Shown: positions 49,028-60,187 of the stretch, one piece after another
Position numbering within the stretch: the stretch's first letter is position 1
How the letters are laid out: every line of letters begins with the position of its first letter
Assembly: GCA_002269645.1 (NCBI GenBank)
Contig: NIVC01000184.1
Coordinates: 496,001 to 560,000 of the forward strand
Source: Macrostomum lignano
Taxonomy: Eukaryota
Direction: 5' to 3'
DNA length: 64,000 nt
The notes under the pieces: model-generated
What the model saw: only the letters and a program-made list of their open reading frames with translations
Database searches by the model: none
What the model was told of the DNA's origin: nothing
Position numbers and translations under genes: made by a program

Positions 49028-50665
49028 ATGTCAGTACGCAGCAAGCTGGGCCTCATCAGGCGTATGCCCCGGATAGATCTGTACGGCCCCAGAGCTACCG
49101 AACGCTTTGATCCTCAGGGCGAGAGGCACTGGACTAAACGGTATCAATTTGGCGGCAGCGAAGAATGGGGCGAGCGTTGGGGCGAGCGGCAGAGCTTCCT
49201 GCCTATTGGCAATCACGTGCGCAAGATGCCGTTCTATCTGGCCATACCGAGCGAGCCGTACAATGCCGACTGGCTGCACCGGCGGGAGCTAGTCCGCATC
49301 AGCCTGCTGGACCTGCAGCGGCTGGTTGACCTGGGCCGGATTAATCCTAGCAAGCCGGTGCGTGCTGGGTTGCTAGATTGATGGATGATAGATAGATAAA
49401 TAGATAGATAGATACATACATACATAGAGAGATAGATAGGTAGATAGATAGATGGATAGATAGATATATAGGTAGATATATAGATAGATAGATCGGTAGA
49501 TAGGTAGATAGATAGATAGGTAGATAGATAGATAGATAGATAGATAGATCGGTAGATAGATAGATAGATAGATAGATAGTAGATAGCGAGAAAGAGCGAG
49601 CGAAGCGAGCTCTTTCGAGCTTGCTTGCCGCAGCCAATCAAGCTGAATGCACGCACACAAGATCACCGGAAACGATTAAGGCAGCTGGAAAGCCAATGGG
49701 CGCGGTAAGCGCTTTTATCCAGAGGAACTACCTGCTGGAACCAGCCATGCCGAACGAAAATCAGACTACTCAAGTAGTGCAAAAGAGTGCGAGCAACTAC
49801 CGAGAAATCTAATTTTCGTAACCGCTCCGGTGCAGATCCTGGCAATAGTTAGTAGATAGCGAGAAAGAGCGAGCGAAGCGAGATAGATAGATAGATAGAC
49901 AGATAGATAGATAGATAGACAGATATATAGATAGATAGATAGATAGGTAGATAGATAGACAGATAGACAGATAGATAGATAGATAGATAGATAGGTAGGT
50001 AGATAGATAGATAGGTAGGTAGGTAGATAGATAGGTAGATTACTCGTAGTAGTTAAAATCGATTGCTCGATTGATGGATTAATATATTGATAGGCAGTTC
50101 AACTGGACCCCGCCCTCAGGTGGATCTCACCGACATTGCTGCCACCCGACTGTTCCCGCTGAAAGACCGCCAATACGGCTACCAGCTCACTGACGACGCA
50201 GGCTTGGATAACCTGACGGCCAGGTTCGCCCGCCTTGAGGTTCAGCACGCCTCGGAGGCGGCCATCGCTGCCATCGAACGCAGCGGCGGTCGCATAGTCT
50301 GCCGGTTCTACGATCTGAGCAGCATTGCCGCTAAATCCGATCCCAGAGCATTCTTTGCCACGGGCCAACCGCTGCCAGCCTGCAAGCTGCCGCCGGTCTC
50401 GGCCATAGACTATTACTCCAGCGCCGAGTCGCGCGGCTATCTGGCTAATCCGGCCGATATTGACAGGTGCAGAGACGAATTGGCTCAAAAGTATGGCTAC
50501 AGTTTATCCACTGATTCAATTAAACATGAGGATCAGCAATGGGAGAAATCTCCCAGGCAAATATTCGCGGGACTTCAGCCTGGCAGCGTTGTTAGCGTGG
50601 CGGATAGGCTGGTGTACAAGCCTCTAAGTGCTGACGTGTTGGCTCACTATCAGCGGCCTGTTTGA
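49028..50665 (+). CDS. MRPL15: Mitochondrial ribosomal protein uL15m (MRPL15), 2 exons, 291 aa
   Basis: Exons are 49028-49357 and 50120-50665 (phase 0). [59 protein letters not shown] and [11 protein letters not shown] align with MRPL15. Confidence 0.94.
49381..50040. repeat. (GATA)n microsatellite in the MRPL15 intron, split by a 240-bp insert flanked by 33-bp direct repeats
   Basis: The direct repeat TAGTAGATAGCGAGAAAGAGCGAGCGAAGCGAG occurs at 49577-49609 and 49850-49882. Confidence 0.93.
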
Positions 50666-50832
50666 CTTGGATTCACGCAAATATATAAGGATTTATTTAT
50701 CGGCTAACAGTCTTTGTTTTTGCTGGCTAGTTTAATTATTGAATTTGTAGTTTTATAAAATAGTGAAATGTTGGGTTTTATAGTTTGACATGAGGGATAA
50801 ATAGAATTTAGATACATTAAAGCCCTGACATT

Positions 50833-51212
50833 CCTCTAGGTTTCTAAGATCTAAGTTTAGAGACATCAGAAGAGTGACATCTAAGTTTAAGGACCTCAGA
50901 GGAGTGACATCTAGGTTTAGGGACCTCAGAGGAGGTTTAAGGACCTCAGAGGAGTGACATCTAGGTTTAGGGACCTCAGAGGAGGTTTAAGGACCTCAGA
51001 GGAGTGACATCTAGGTTTAGGGACCTCAGAGGAGTGACATGACATCTAGGTTTAGGGACCTCAGAGGAGTGAAATCTATGTTTAGGGACTTCAGAGGAGG
51101 TTTAGGGACCTCAGAGGAGTGACATCTAGGTTTAGGGACCTCAGAGGAGTGACATCTAAGTTTAGGGACTTCAGAGGAGTGACATCTAAGTTTAGGGACT
51201 TCAGAGGAGTGA
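50833..51212. repeat. 30-bp minisatellite GACATCTAGGTTTAGGGACCTCAGAGGAGT
   Basis: Direct inspection, with some deletion-variant units. Confidence 0.93.
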
Positions 51213-51857
51213 TAAATAAGTTGATTTGTTTATCTGAGACCTTTAAAGTCACCACTGTACGCATTTCTAGCAGTCAAACGTTATCATCTTCAGTCGACTG
51301 TGTTACCGTATTGACGTTTTCATTCATTGTATTGAGTAGGCCCACAGCACCATTTTGTTACTGAGCGTCTCAAAGTTGACAATAGGTTAAAAATGAAAAG
51401 GTGCGATTTCTATGAAAATTGTTTTTTGTAAACTTTGTGGCTTTAAATGTTCTATTTTAAACTAAAACTCGCACTGTACTACTGAGCTTTTGGAATGCTG
51501 ATTTCTGTTCACCGGTTTTGCAGGTGTATTATTTGTTAGTTTCATAATTCAGTGAGATTAAGCTGAAATATACGCGCTTCTAAGTTTGCACAATGCAGTG
51601 TCAAGTATATTTTCTTATGCATTCAGAATAAATAAGATTACAAAAACAGTAAAGACTCTTGTTTAAAATTTGGCATTTGTTTAAAAAGAGTGGAACAATT
51701 TTCCAAGAAATCTGCATCCCCAGCAGCTCACGGTAACGGATGAATAACAGTGCACATGTAGAAAACGAATTTTTTTTATTTTCGTTTTCTCGATTTGTCA
51801 TTTTATTTCCTCATATTGTAAAGTAAATTTCGTGCAACTATTTCACCATAATCAGCT

Positions 51858-52201
51858 CAAGGACTACTCAAAAAGGACGAGAAACTAAATTTCTTGGGAA
51901 ATTTTAGAAGGCAGGTTTTACCGAAAAAAATACATTACAAGAGATGAGAGGTTTTCATTTTTTCAGCACAAAACACTGCTATTGATTTTGATAGAGGACA
52001 GACCCAATGTGTCATCTGGCAATGGCACGGCTCGACTAATTGATTTTAGAGACATAATCAAAAGATGAACACTGGGTCTCTCCTGTCAATAGCAATAACA
52101 GTTTTGGTGTTTAAAAAATCGATATTTTCGGTGAAAGTAAAACCTGCCTACCTAAAAATTTCCTAGAAATGTAGCTTCCTGTCCTACTTGAGTAGTTCTT
52201 G
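51858..52201. mobile_element. Diverged, internally deleted relative (344 bp) of the CAAGG foldback MITE at 37500-38198
   Basis: Termini are CAAGGACTACTCAA and TTGAGTAGTTCTTG. It shares the internal block GTTTTCATTTTTTCAGCACAAAA. The TSD is degenerate (AATCAGCT vs CATCAGAG). Confidence 0.75.
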
Positions 52202-52849
52202 CATCAGAGCATTAATTAATTAATTAATTACAGCGATTAGTCTTTAAATCCAGTGTATAGTAGTCTGTATTAGCCAATTTGTGTGCGCGTGTTTGTGTGT
52301 GTAAAATGTGTTGTTGAAATCTGCTGCAATTGCTAGGTATAGACTAAGGTACGCTATGACTCTGCTCGGGGTGTACTCTATTTGTGTGTCCTACGCTTGT
52401 ATGCGCCTAGGGTTTTGGGCCTCGGATTTTACTTGGAAAATCCGACCTTGCAATTTCTCTCTCTCTTAGCCAATCAACGCGCTTCAGATAAAAGAGGCAA
52501 AGATTTTTTGTAAAGACTGAATTAGGATGCCCTTAGCTGTAGATAGACGTTAAGAGACATGAACTAGCCGTCTAGCCCTATAAGTTCCTATGCCCTTACA
52601 TGATTTGAGTTTGAGCAAGATTCTTAGAAATATCAATATATTAGTCGACATCAAAAGCATTTTTCGCTATGTACAAGTAATAGTTATACGGATAGTTATA
52701 TATATATAAGCGAAAAATGCTCTTTCAGCCACTGCTACAACCATTGCGATTACATAGTTTACGCAGCAGCTTAGCGACAATAAAAGTTTTAATAGTCTTA
52801 AACTTATTATTATAAAATTTCTTATTGCCTGCAGTGTGGTCTTCGTCAA

Positions 52850-55159
52850 ATGGCCTCTGACGAAGTGCGCACTTTCTGCAGTCTACCGTCAGCTTCGCAA
52901 AAGGCCCTGCTAGCTTATCCGGACCTGGTGAACCGGTGCCTCAACCGGTATGCTAGCACCGGTTCGGCTAGGGACAGCTTGTTGAGTCTGTTGGACTCGT
53001 GTCCGGAGCTGCTAACCGCAGTCGATAATCGGACATACCGCGAGAGTGCGCTTGGCTACGCCTTGCTGAAGAAGCGAATCGATACTTGCTGGCACATGAT
53101 CAGCATTGCTGAGCGGTGAGACGCCTCTGTCAATATACATCTCCTATTTACATAATTAGTCATTCTCATTTTCTGTCTTACTCATTTTACCCTGCATAAT
53201 TTAGGCATGGAATTGCTCAAACTGTGCTGCGTCATAGAAATTCGTCTGGCCACACATTGCTCGTTTGCCATCGATTTGGATACGGAAGCTGAAGGCGGTC
53301 CGCTTATTGAAAGACTTCTTGACGAGTGGCCTGAGCAGGTTTGTTTACCTGATATCCTGAGCTCAATAAGCCGTTTAACGTAATTTGTTAATTCTGACTC
53401 ACTTGATTGCACTATTGTTGCAACACTGACTCACTTGATTGCACTATTGTTGCAACACACTGACTCACTTGATTGCACTATTGTTGCAACACACTGACTT
53501 ACTTGATTGCATTCATTTATGCAACACACTGACTCACTTGATTGCACCATTGCTGCAACACACTGACTCACTTGATTGCATTCATTTATGCAACACACTG
53601 ACTCACTTGATTGCACCATTGTTGCAACACACTGACTCACTTGATTGCATTCATTTATGCAACACACTGACTCACTTGATTTCACCATTGCTGCAACACT
53701 GACTCACTTGATTGCACTATTGTTGCAACACACTGACTCACTTGATTGCACCATTGTTGCAACACACTGACTCACTTGATTGCATTCATTTATGCAACAC
53801 ACTGACTCACTTGATTGCACCATTGCTGCAACACACTGACTCACTTGATTGCATTCATTTATGCAACACACTGACTCACTTGATTGCATCATTGCTGCAA
53901 CACACTGACTCACTTGATTGCATTCATTGCTGCAACACACTGACTCACTTGATTGCATTCATTTATGCAGCACACTGACTCACGTGATTGCACCATTGCT
54001 GCAACACACTGACTCACGTGATTGCACCATTGCTGCAACACACTGACTCACGTGATTGCACCATTGCTGCAACACACTGACTCACGTGATTGCACCATTG
54101 CTGCAACACACTGACTCACGTGATTGCACCATTGTTGCAACAACCTGACCTGACTTCCATCCATCCCCAAACGGATCCGGCTAGGTGCACACCTGCTACG
54201 ATACTGAAGGTCGCAACGTTCTTCATCACTGCGCCGCTGATGGCCGGTGCAACTCACTTCGCGTCATCCTTCGCTGCCTGCTTACCAAATTTGGATCAGC
54301 GGCGCAATGCCCCTCGCTAGCGCTGACGGCTGCAGCTTCAGCATTCAGCGTGCCGGACAGTGTTGAGAGTCTAACTCCGATTCACTACATGGCCAAGTCT
54401 TGCCGGCTTGACCTGCTTCAAGTTGTTGCAGAATTTGCTTCAACAGCTCAATTAGTTATTAATTTCGATCAGCCCTGGCCAACCGGACACACGCCGCTGT
54501 GCTTGGCCGCTGTTGCAGAGTTCGCCTCTCCAACCCAGAAACTTGGCGTCTGTCGCTGGCTGGTTGAGAGTGTCAGTGCCAACCCACGAACAGCTTTGTC
54601 GAGTGTTGCAGGCAATTCGGCAGCAAAGTCTTTGCTCAATCAGTTGGTTGCGGAATTTCCCGATTCGGCATTCTGCGATTCTGAAGACGACAACGATGAA
54701 GAGCCGGACAATGAAGCTGACGAGTCCGAGGAAGAAGCGAAAGCAGAAGACCAATCGAAGTTGCAAGTTGATGCCGCTATTAGCCAAGTTGAACGACTTG
54801 GCTTTGTTGATAAGAAAAATAGTGAGCAAAATTTTCAATTATCCAATCTGGCTCGGCGGCAACTCGCAGACGGGCTGAGGAGTTCTGGAAGCGTTGACGA
54901 TTCCAGCAGATTTATTGATGCCCTGCTGGCCGGCTGCCCGACACTGTCAGGTACCAGAGGCTTTTTGCAACAGTCAGCTGAGCCTGTCCTACTGTGTCTG
55001 AGTCTGCTGGCTGCCGATTCAAGCTGCAGTAGGTCTGGCGAGACTGGCCATCCAGGCAGCTTGCGGCTGGCAATCCAAACTGCTTTGAGACACATCGGCC
55101 GGACCGATTTGATGCATATTTTAACAGACAACTCAGATAATTTGACTTCTGACCTGTAG
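52850..55159 (+). CDS. Ankyrin-repeat protein with acidic linker and death-domain-like C-terminus; 3 exons, apparent frameshift in exon 2
   Basis: Exons 52850-53115, 53205-53338 and 54185-55159 total 1375 nt, which is not a multiple of 3. Ankyrin-like motifs include RESALGYALL, NSSGHTLL, EGRNVLHHCAADG, LTPIHYMA and TGHTPLCLAA. The C-terminal IQTALRHIGRTDLMHIL resembles a death-fold terminal helix. Confidence 0.72.
53395..54140. repeat. Intronic minisatellite of 34/35-bp alternating units (69-bp dimer), CAACACACTGACTCACTTGATTGCA...
   Basis: Direct inspection; lies in intron 2 of the ankyrin gene. Confidence 0.96.
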
Positions 55160-55617
55160 CATTGATACTGCATGGTGTACACGCAGTCTTAAGTGTGCAG
55201 CATTTCGTGTGCGAATATAGAAGAATTTCTTACTGTATACTCACTGTCAACTAGGAGGTCAGTTTCGGTCTAAAAACGTAGTTGAGCATGTTTTAGTGCC
55301 ATCAAAGCAGCCAAATTATTACACACACCCAGATTAAGTGCCAAGCATGTGAAAAACTGTGATTAATAAATTATTATAGCATTTTTCAAGCCGATTAAGC
55401 CTAGGAGCAAGCAATTTAATCCTTATTGGGAGAATCAAGCTATTGAAGACTTGCTTTTCATTGTCTGTGGCCCGAAAGGGGGGTCTATGGAGCAACCAAT
55501 TTGAGAATCTGGGCGCGCTATTAATCCTTTCCACAGTTGTGCAAGCCTTAGACCATAGAAAATAACAGATTTCATTAGACAAAGATAGATATGGCAGACG
55601 AAGAATTTAGCGAGCAC

Positions 55618-55650
55618 CAGTGGCGTATCCAGGGGGTGGGGGGCAATTGA
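55618..55650. mobile_element. Solo hAT-like terminus CAGTGGCGTATCCAGGGGG
   Basis: It resembles the TIR of the element at 41010-41216, but no partner end was seen. Confidence 0.35.
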
Positions 55651-56273
55651 ATGAATTCAATCCAAGGTATGTTGGTCAAAGCAATGGAGCAATTTGGATT
55701 AAAATTCAATGGTTGTGAGCTAAAATGGTCTGCAAAAAGCGACAACTAAATAAGAACCAAATATAGTTTCTACATTTGATATCTTCAAATTTGTTAAAAT
55801 ATAACGTCTCCGGAATTTCCGAGTTGGTACTTTCTTACTCTCCTATAGCCATTGAACAACAAACTTTAGCATTCATTCTTCAGCAAAAAATTCAGTAAGT
55901 TATGTTTGCACTTCTCATTAAAACAACTGTTAGGACCGAAATTGCTCTAAATTTATACCGGATGCAAATCTATTATTACGTGTACATGGAATTAATAATC
56001 TTACACGTACATACACTAATTATAGTTAAGCGTCTTTCACTTTATTTGTTCATATTTTTTCATACTTTTGTTGACTATACTTTAACAAAAATCATTTAGC
56101 TAAAATAATACATGCCTTTAATGCTAACTTATAATAAATAGATAGTATCTGATGTTTGTTTGCATGCACTTGTAAAATAAAAATGCAAATACAGGATTGA
56201 CAATTTGGCAATTTTTTGTCAAAATATAAACTATTTCTTATTCAAATTAATTTGCAACTTGACTGCCATTAAT

Positions 56274-56464
56274 AGATTGCTGTCTATTTAGATTGCTGTC
56301 TATTTAGATTGCTGTCTATTTAGATTGCTGTCTATTTAGATTGCTGTCTATTTAGATTGCTGTCTATTTAGATTGCTGTCTATTTAGATTGCTGTCTATT
56401 TAGATTGCTGTCTATTTAGATTGCTGTCTATTTAGATTGCTGTCTATTTAGATTGCTGTCTATT
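56274..56464. repeat. 16-bp minisatellite AGATTGCTGTCTATTT, ~12 copies
   Basis: Direct inspection. Confidence 0.96.
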
Positions 56465-56554
56465 GTCTCTACCATATGGATATGCTAGAGTTTGGGATTT
56501 GGTTGGGTTTTATTAATGTTAATAGAATTATATTTCGGGTTATGGCTGGATTGG

Positions 56555-56770
56555 CAGTCATCTTGTCACTGACTATCAATTGTCACTGGCAGTCAAATTG
56601 TCAATGACAGTCAATTGTCACTGGCAGTCAAATGACACTGACAGTCAAATGACACTGACAGTCAAATTGTCACTGACAGTCAATTGTCACTGGCAGTCAA
56701 ATGACACTGACAATCAAATTGTTACTGACAGTCAATTGTCACTACAGTCAAATGACAGTCAAATTCCATT
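56555..56770. repeat. ~18-bp self-complementary minisatellite ACTGACAGTCAAATTGTC
   Basis: Direct inspection; GACA/TGTC cores occur in both orientations. Confidence 0.88.
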
Positions 56771-56886
56771 TACATTATTTCAAGTGTAGCTCCCAGCTAC
56801 ATGTACTTCACAGTTTCCATAGCAATTCTCTAAACAGTTATTTTCCCATTGCAGCCAGGCTTTCCTGTCAATCAACCGATCGCTCC

Positions 56887-57165
56887 ATGCCACCAGGCGG
56901 CAAGATCAGGCAGACGGTGCTGCAGCTCTATCGAGACTTTCTCCGGCTCGGCCGCCAGAAGCCGGGAGTGGCCGACTTGGCCAAACGGGAATTCCGCCGG
57001 CAAAGCCGCATTCCGGCCAGCGATGTTGTCCGGATTGAACAGCAGGTGCGAAGAGGCAAACACCTGCTCGCTACTTTAAGTAGCCAACACGTGACTGGTA
57101 TTGGTAGCATGGGGCCGCCTGTGCAGTCAAAGATTGACCCGGCTTCTACGGCTTCTAAATCTTGA
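56887..57165 (+). CDS. SDHAF1: Succinate dehydrogenase assembly factor 1 (LYR-motif protein), 92 aa
   Basis: MPPGGKIRQTVLQLYRDFLRLGRQKPG...EFRRQSRIPASDVVRIEQQVRRG has the LYR motif and closely follows SDHAF1 (VLSLYRDLLRAGRGKPG...DVLRIEYLYRRG). Confidence 0.9.
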   Translation: MPPGGKIRQTVLQLYRDFLRLGRQKPGVADLAKREFRRQSRIPASDVVRIEQQVRRGKHLLATLSSQHVTGIGSMGPPVQSKIDPASTASKS

Positions 57166-58009
57166 ACTAATGTTTTTTTGTAAATTAACAATTCATCGTT
57201 AACAAGGATGTGCAAAATCAAGCTCATTAAATTTTATTGTTAAACAGTAAAACTGTTGCTAAAGTAAAAAAAACAGTGAAAGCAGTTTCTTTGTTTATTT
57301 TAATTTAACCAACGTTACATTAATTACTCTGTACAGTTATATGCATGTGATACTTGATTTTCGACTTAGCTTAATTGTGTCAGTTTAAACTCCCACAGGA
57401 CCTGCAAAAAATGATTATTTAAAACTGTTCAGTGTTTCAGCTTAAGTAATTCATTTCCTTGAAAAGTCCTTTTTACTATTAATAATCTCGGTTTGCTTGT
57501 ACGAGAGGAGAGTCAAATATTGAAGGATCCGTTTAGCAGACAAAAAAAAAAGGAAGTAACCGTAACTAAATTATCAAAGCACAATCATTGTTCAAGAAGC
57601 TTAAAGCAGTACGAGCGTATAAACAACGCAGAAATCCAAAAATAAGTGGCGTTATTATTTCATTTAAACATTAAAAAGCTACAACTTGTGATTGTAGGAG
57701 CACAAAGCAATTAAAGCGTTAAGAAAATAATCTTTCCCGTTGTTGGTTTCAGGCCAATCTGAGTTCCTTTCCCTGCTTTTTTAATTTTAACCACAGATAC
57801 TACAGTAACTAGATATGCCTCTCGCAATTAAAGTTATGACAAAGTAGAGCGTACATGTATGCTTTTTCAGTAGTTCATCTGCGCAGTGGCACTTAAATTT
57901 AATTTAAATTGGCAGCTAAAATTCCCTTCCTTTCTTCGGGTTTTTGACCTCCTAGAGCATATCCGGTTAATAATGAGCAAGCTGCTAATACGCTGTACAC
58001 AAGTAAACG

Positions 58010-58488
58010 CGAGACGGACGAAACTCAGCCTAGGGGCAAGGCCCAATCTAGCTCAGCCAATCAGAGAGCAGTGAGGAGAGGGGGCAAGTCAGACGGACGA
58101 AACAATGCCTAGGGGGTAAGGCCCAATCTAGCTCAGCCAATGAGAGAGCAGTGAGGAGAGGGGGCAAGTCAGACGGACGAAACTATGCCTAGGGGCAGGC
58201 CCAATCTAGCTCAAGCCAATGAGAGAGCAGTGAGGAGAGAGGGCAAGTCAGACGGACGAAACTATGCCTAGGGGCAGGCCCAATCTAGCTCAAGCCAATG
58301 AGAGAGCAGTGAGGAGAGAGGGCAAGTCAGACGGACGAAACTATGCCTAGGGGCAGGCCCAATCTAGCTCAAGCCAATGAGAGAGCAGTGAGGAGAGAGG
58401 GCAAGTCAGACGGACGAAAGTCAGCCTTGGGGGGCCAATCTATTGTAGCTCGGCCACAATGAGAGGGCAGTAATGAGAGAGGGCAAGA
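58010..58488 (-). repeat. ~76-77-bp CCAAT-containing tandem repeat, ~6 copies; same family as 47090-47520 in the opposite orientation
   Basis: The reverse complement of the unit aligns with the 47-kb unit at roughly 85% identity by eye. Confidence 0.92.
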
Positions 58489-58823
58489 GGGGTGCTTTCA
58501 CAAGGTCGAATCCTAGAAACACAACATCGAAAACTTAAATAGCAGCCACTCAATAAGGTCGAAGTTTCACAACGTCGAAAACTTATTATAACAAGAACTA
58601 TGGCGATGAGCGTTTAGGTTAGAAAACTAGGAGTCCTTAGGTTAGAAACTGCAGAATTGGAGGTCTAGGGATATAAACAATTCTAGGGATATCCACGATT
58701 GGAGTTAAAGTGAATATGTACAGTAGTTTTCTATGTTGTGAAATTTCGACCTTATGAAGTTTCGATCTTGTGAAAGAATGTGCTTTCGACGTTGTGAAAT
58801 TTCGAGTTTGTGAAACCACCCCC
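58489..58823. mobile_element. 335-bp MITE with GG-initiated TIRs and 8-bp TSD GGGCAAGA (Merlin-like, inferred)
   Basis: Termini are GGGGTGCTTTCACAA and TTGTGAAACCACCCCC. TSD copies are at 58481-58488 and 58824-58831. Subterminal CACAA.GTCGAA repeats are present. Confidence 0.82.
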
Positions 58824-59704
58824 CGGGCAAGACACCAGCGGGCAGGAGGAAAGCCAAACAGCAACTGTTTATTGACCTGGCTGTGGGGTGGGGCGCCAAC
58901 ACCTTTTTCTCGTGCTCGCTATGCACACAATGAAGTTGCTAATTTAATGGGTCTGCTTGTCGAAAGCCAGAGGCGATTGTTGCAGAAACTTTATATATCT
59001 ATTAAATATAAGATACTGTTTTTTTTACTAATATCAAGGCAAAAAACGCTAATTTTGCTACTGAACAAGAGTATCTGATAGAAGCGAGTGACATTCTACT
59101 TATTCTGGTATCTGTGATTTTAACAAATTACCACAAGACAGCTACGCATTCAGTAAATTGCATGATGATATCAAGAATCCACAAAATTTTGCAATCAGCA
59201 GTTTAATATTAAACGAAATTTTACTACAACAATTTGGCCGTAAAAAACAGATGTACCAAGTATAGTCTAATGTTGTGACGCTAAACAAAAATAAAAATTA
59301 ACAAGCTGCTACTAACTCTACTTACAGTAATCTGTAGGAAACATCAACTTAAATGTGGCGAGTAGGCAAAAAATGAAAGAAGCGCGATTAGAACTCGTGA
59401 TTTTTTAAGGAAGGCATTTAAACAATTAAAACGCGTTTAATTCGGAGGCCCTATTCACAATTTAATTATACAAAATATAACTAAATGCTTTGTTTACGCG
59501 CGCAGTACAATTTTTTTGTAGCCTGACAATGTACTTTTAATAAGTTGATCGACAATTGGAAGCGTATAAGCGATACTATGTAGTAGTCAGGCAAACATTG
59601 TGATAAATCTGATTTTTAGGAACAATATAATGAAACCTATAAAGTTGTTTGTTATATACTACTCAATATTAGTAATAATAATTACACATGTCCCAATAGG
59701 TAGA

Positions 59705-59908
59705 TGTGCAACCGACAGCTCAGCCGCAGCTATTGCGCGGCGCATCTGAAGGCTACGTACGGCTGTTCAGTCTAAGGACTGGGGAGTCGCCACACGCAAC
59801 CTTAATTACCCCCCAGCTAATACTGGCAATTTTACAGCTGGGTGAAATAAAGCAATGCAGAGCTTCAGTGGTGAGTCAGACGCTCTAACCAGTAGGCTAC
59901 AACTCCCT
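59705..59908 (-). mobile_element. Degenerate tRNA-derived SINE
   Basis: The minus-strand head GTTGTAGCCTACTGGTTAGAGCGTCTGACTC is tRNA-like with an A box; the B box is missing. The internal TTCACCCAGCTGTAAAAT resembles conserved invertebrate SINE central domains (from memory). Confidence 0.5.
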
Positions 59909-60187
59909 CTCTATATTAAGTAGCAAGCAAGGCAATTTTGTGGCAATTGAGGAGTTTTAAATGGATTAATTGAGCTTCATCTTGGATTAGCTCACACTTC
60001 CGCTAGCTCAAAACTTAACAACTATCTAACCTGCTAAGAAGCAATACTACTGAATAGACAGTAGCATAATAGCGCATATATAAACGCTTCAATAAAGTCG
60101 AAAAACAAAAAAAGAACAACATAAACCAGTTAAAAAAATAAAATTGTTTCAATTGGTGGTAGCGGTTCGAAGTAATGATTGTGACCA

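Noticed and set aside
50833-51212. TTAGGG inside the 30-bp repeat, suggesting interstitial telomere sequence
   Set aside because: Only one hexamer per unit, not tandem telomeric repeats.
4682-58488. CRISPR-like appearance of 30-45-bp repeats
   Set aside because: The repeats are head-to-tail with no unique spacers, there are no cas genes, and the context is eukaryotic.
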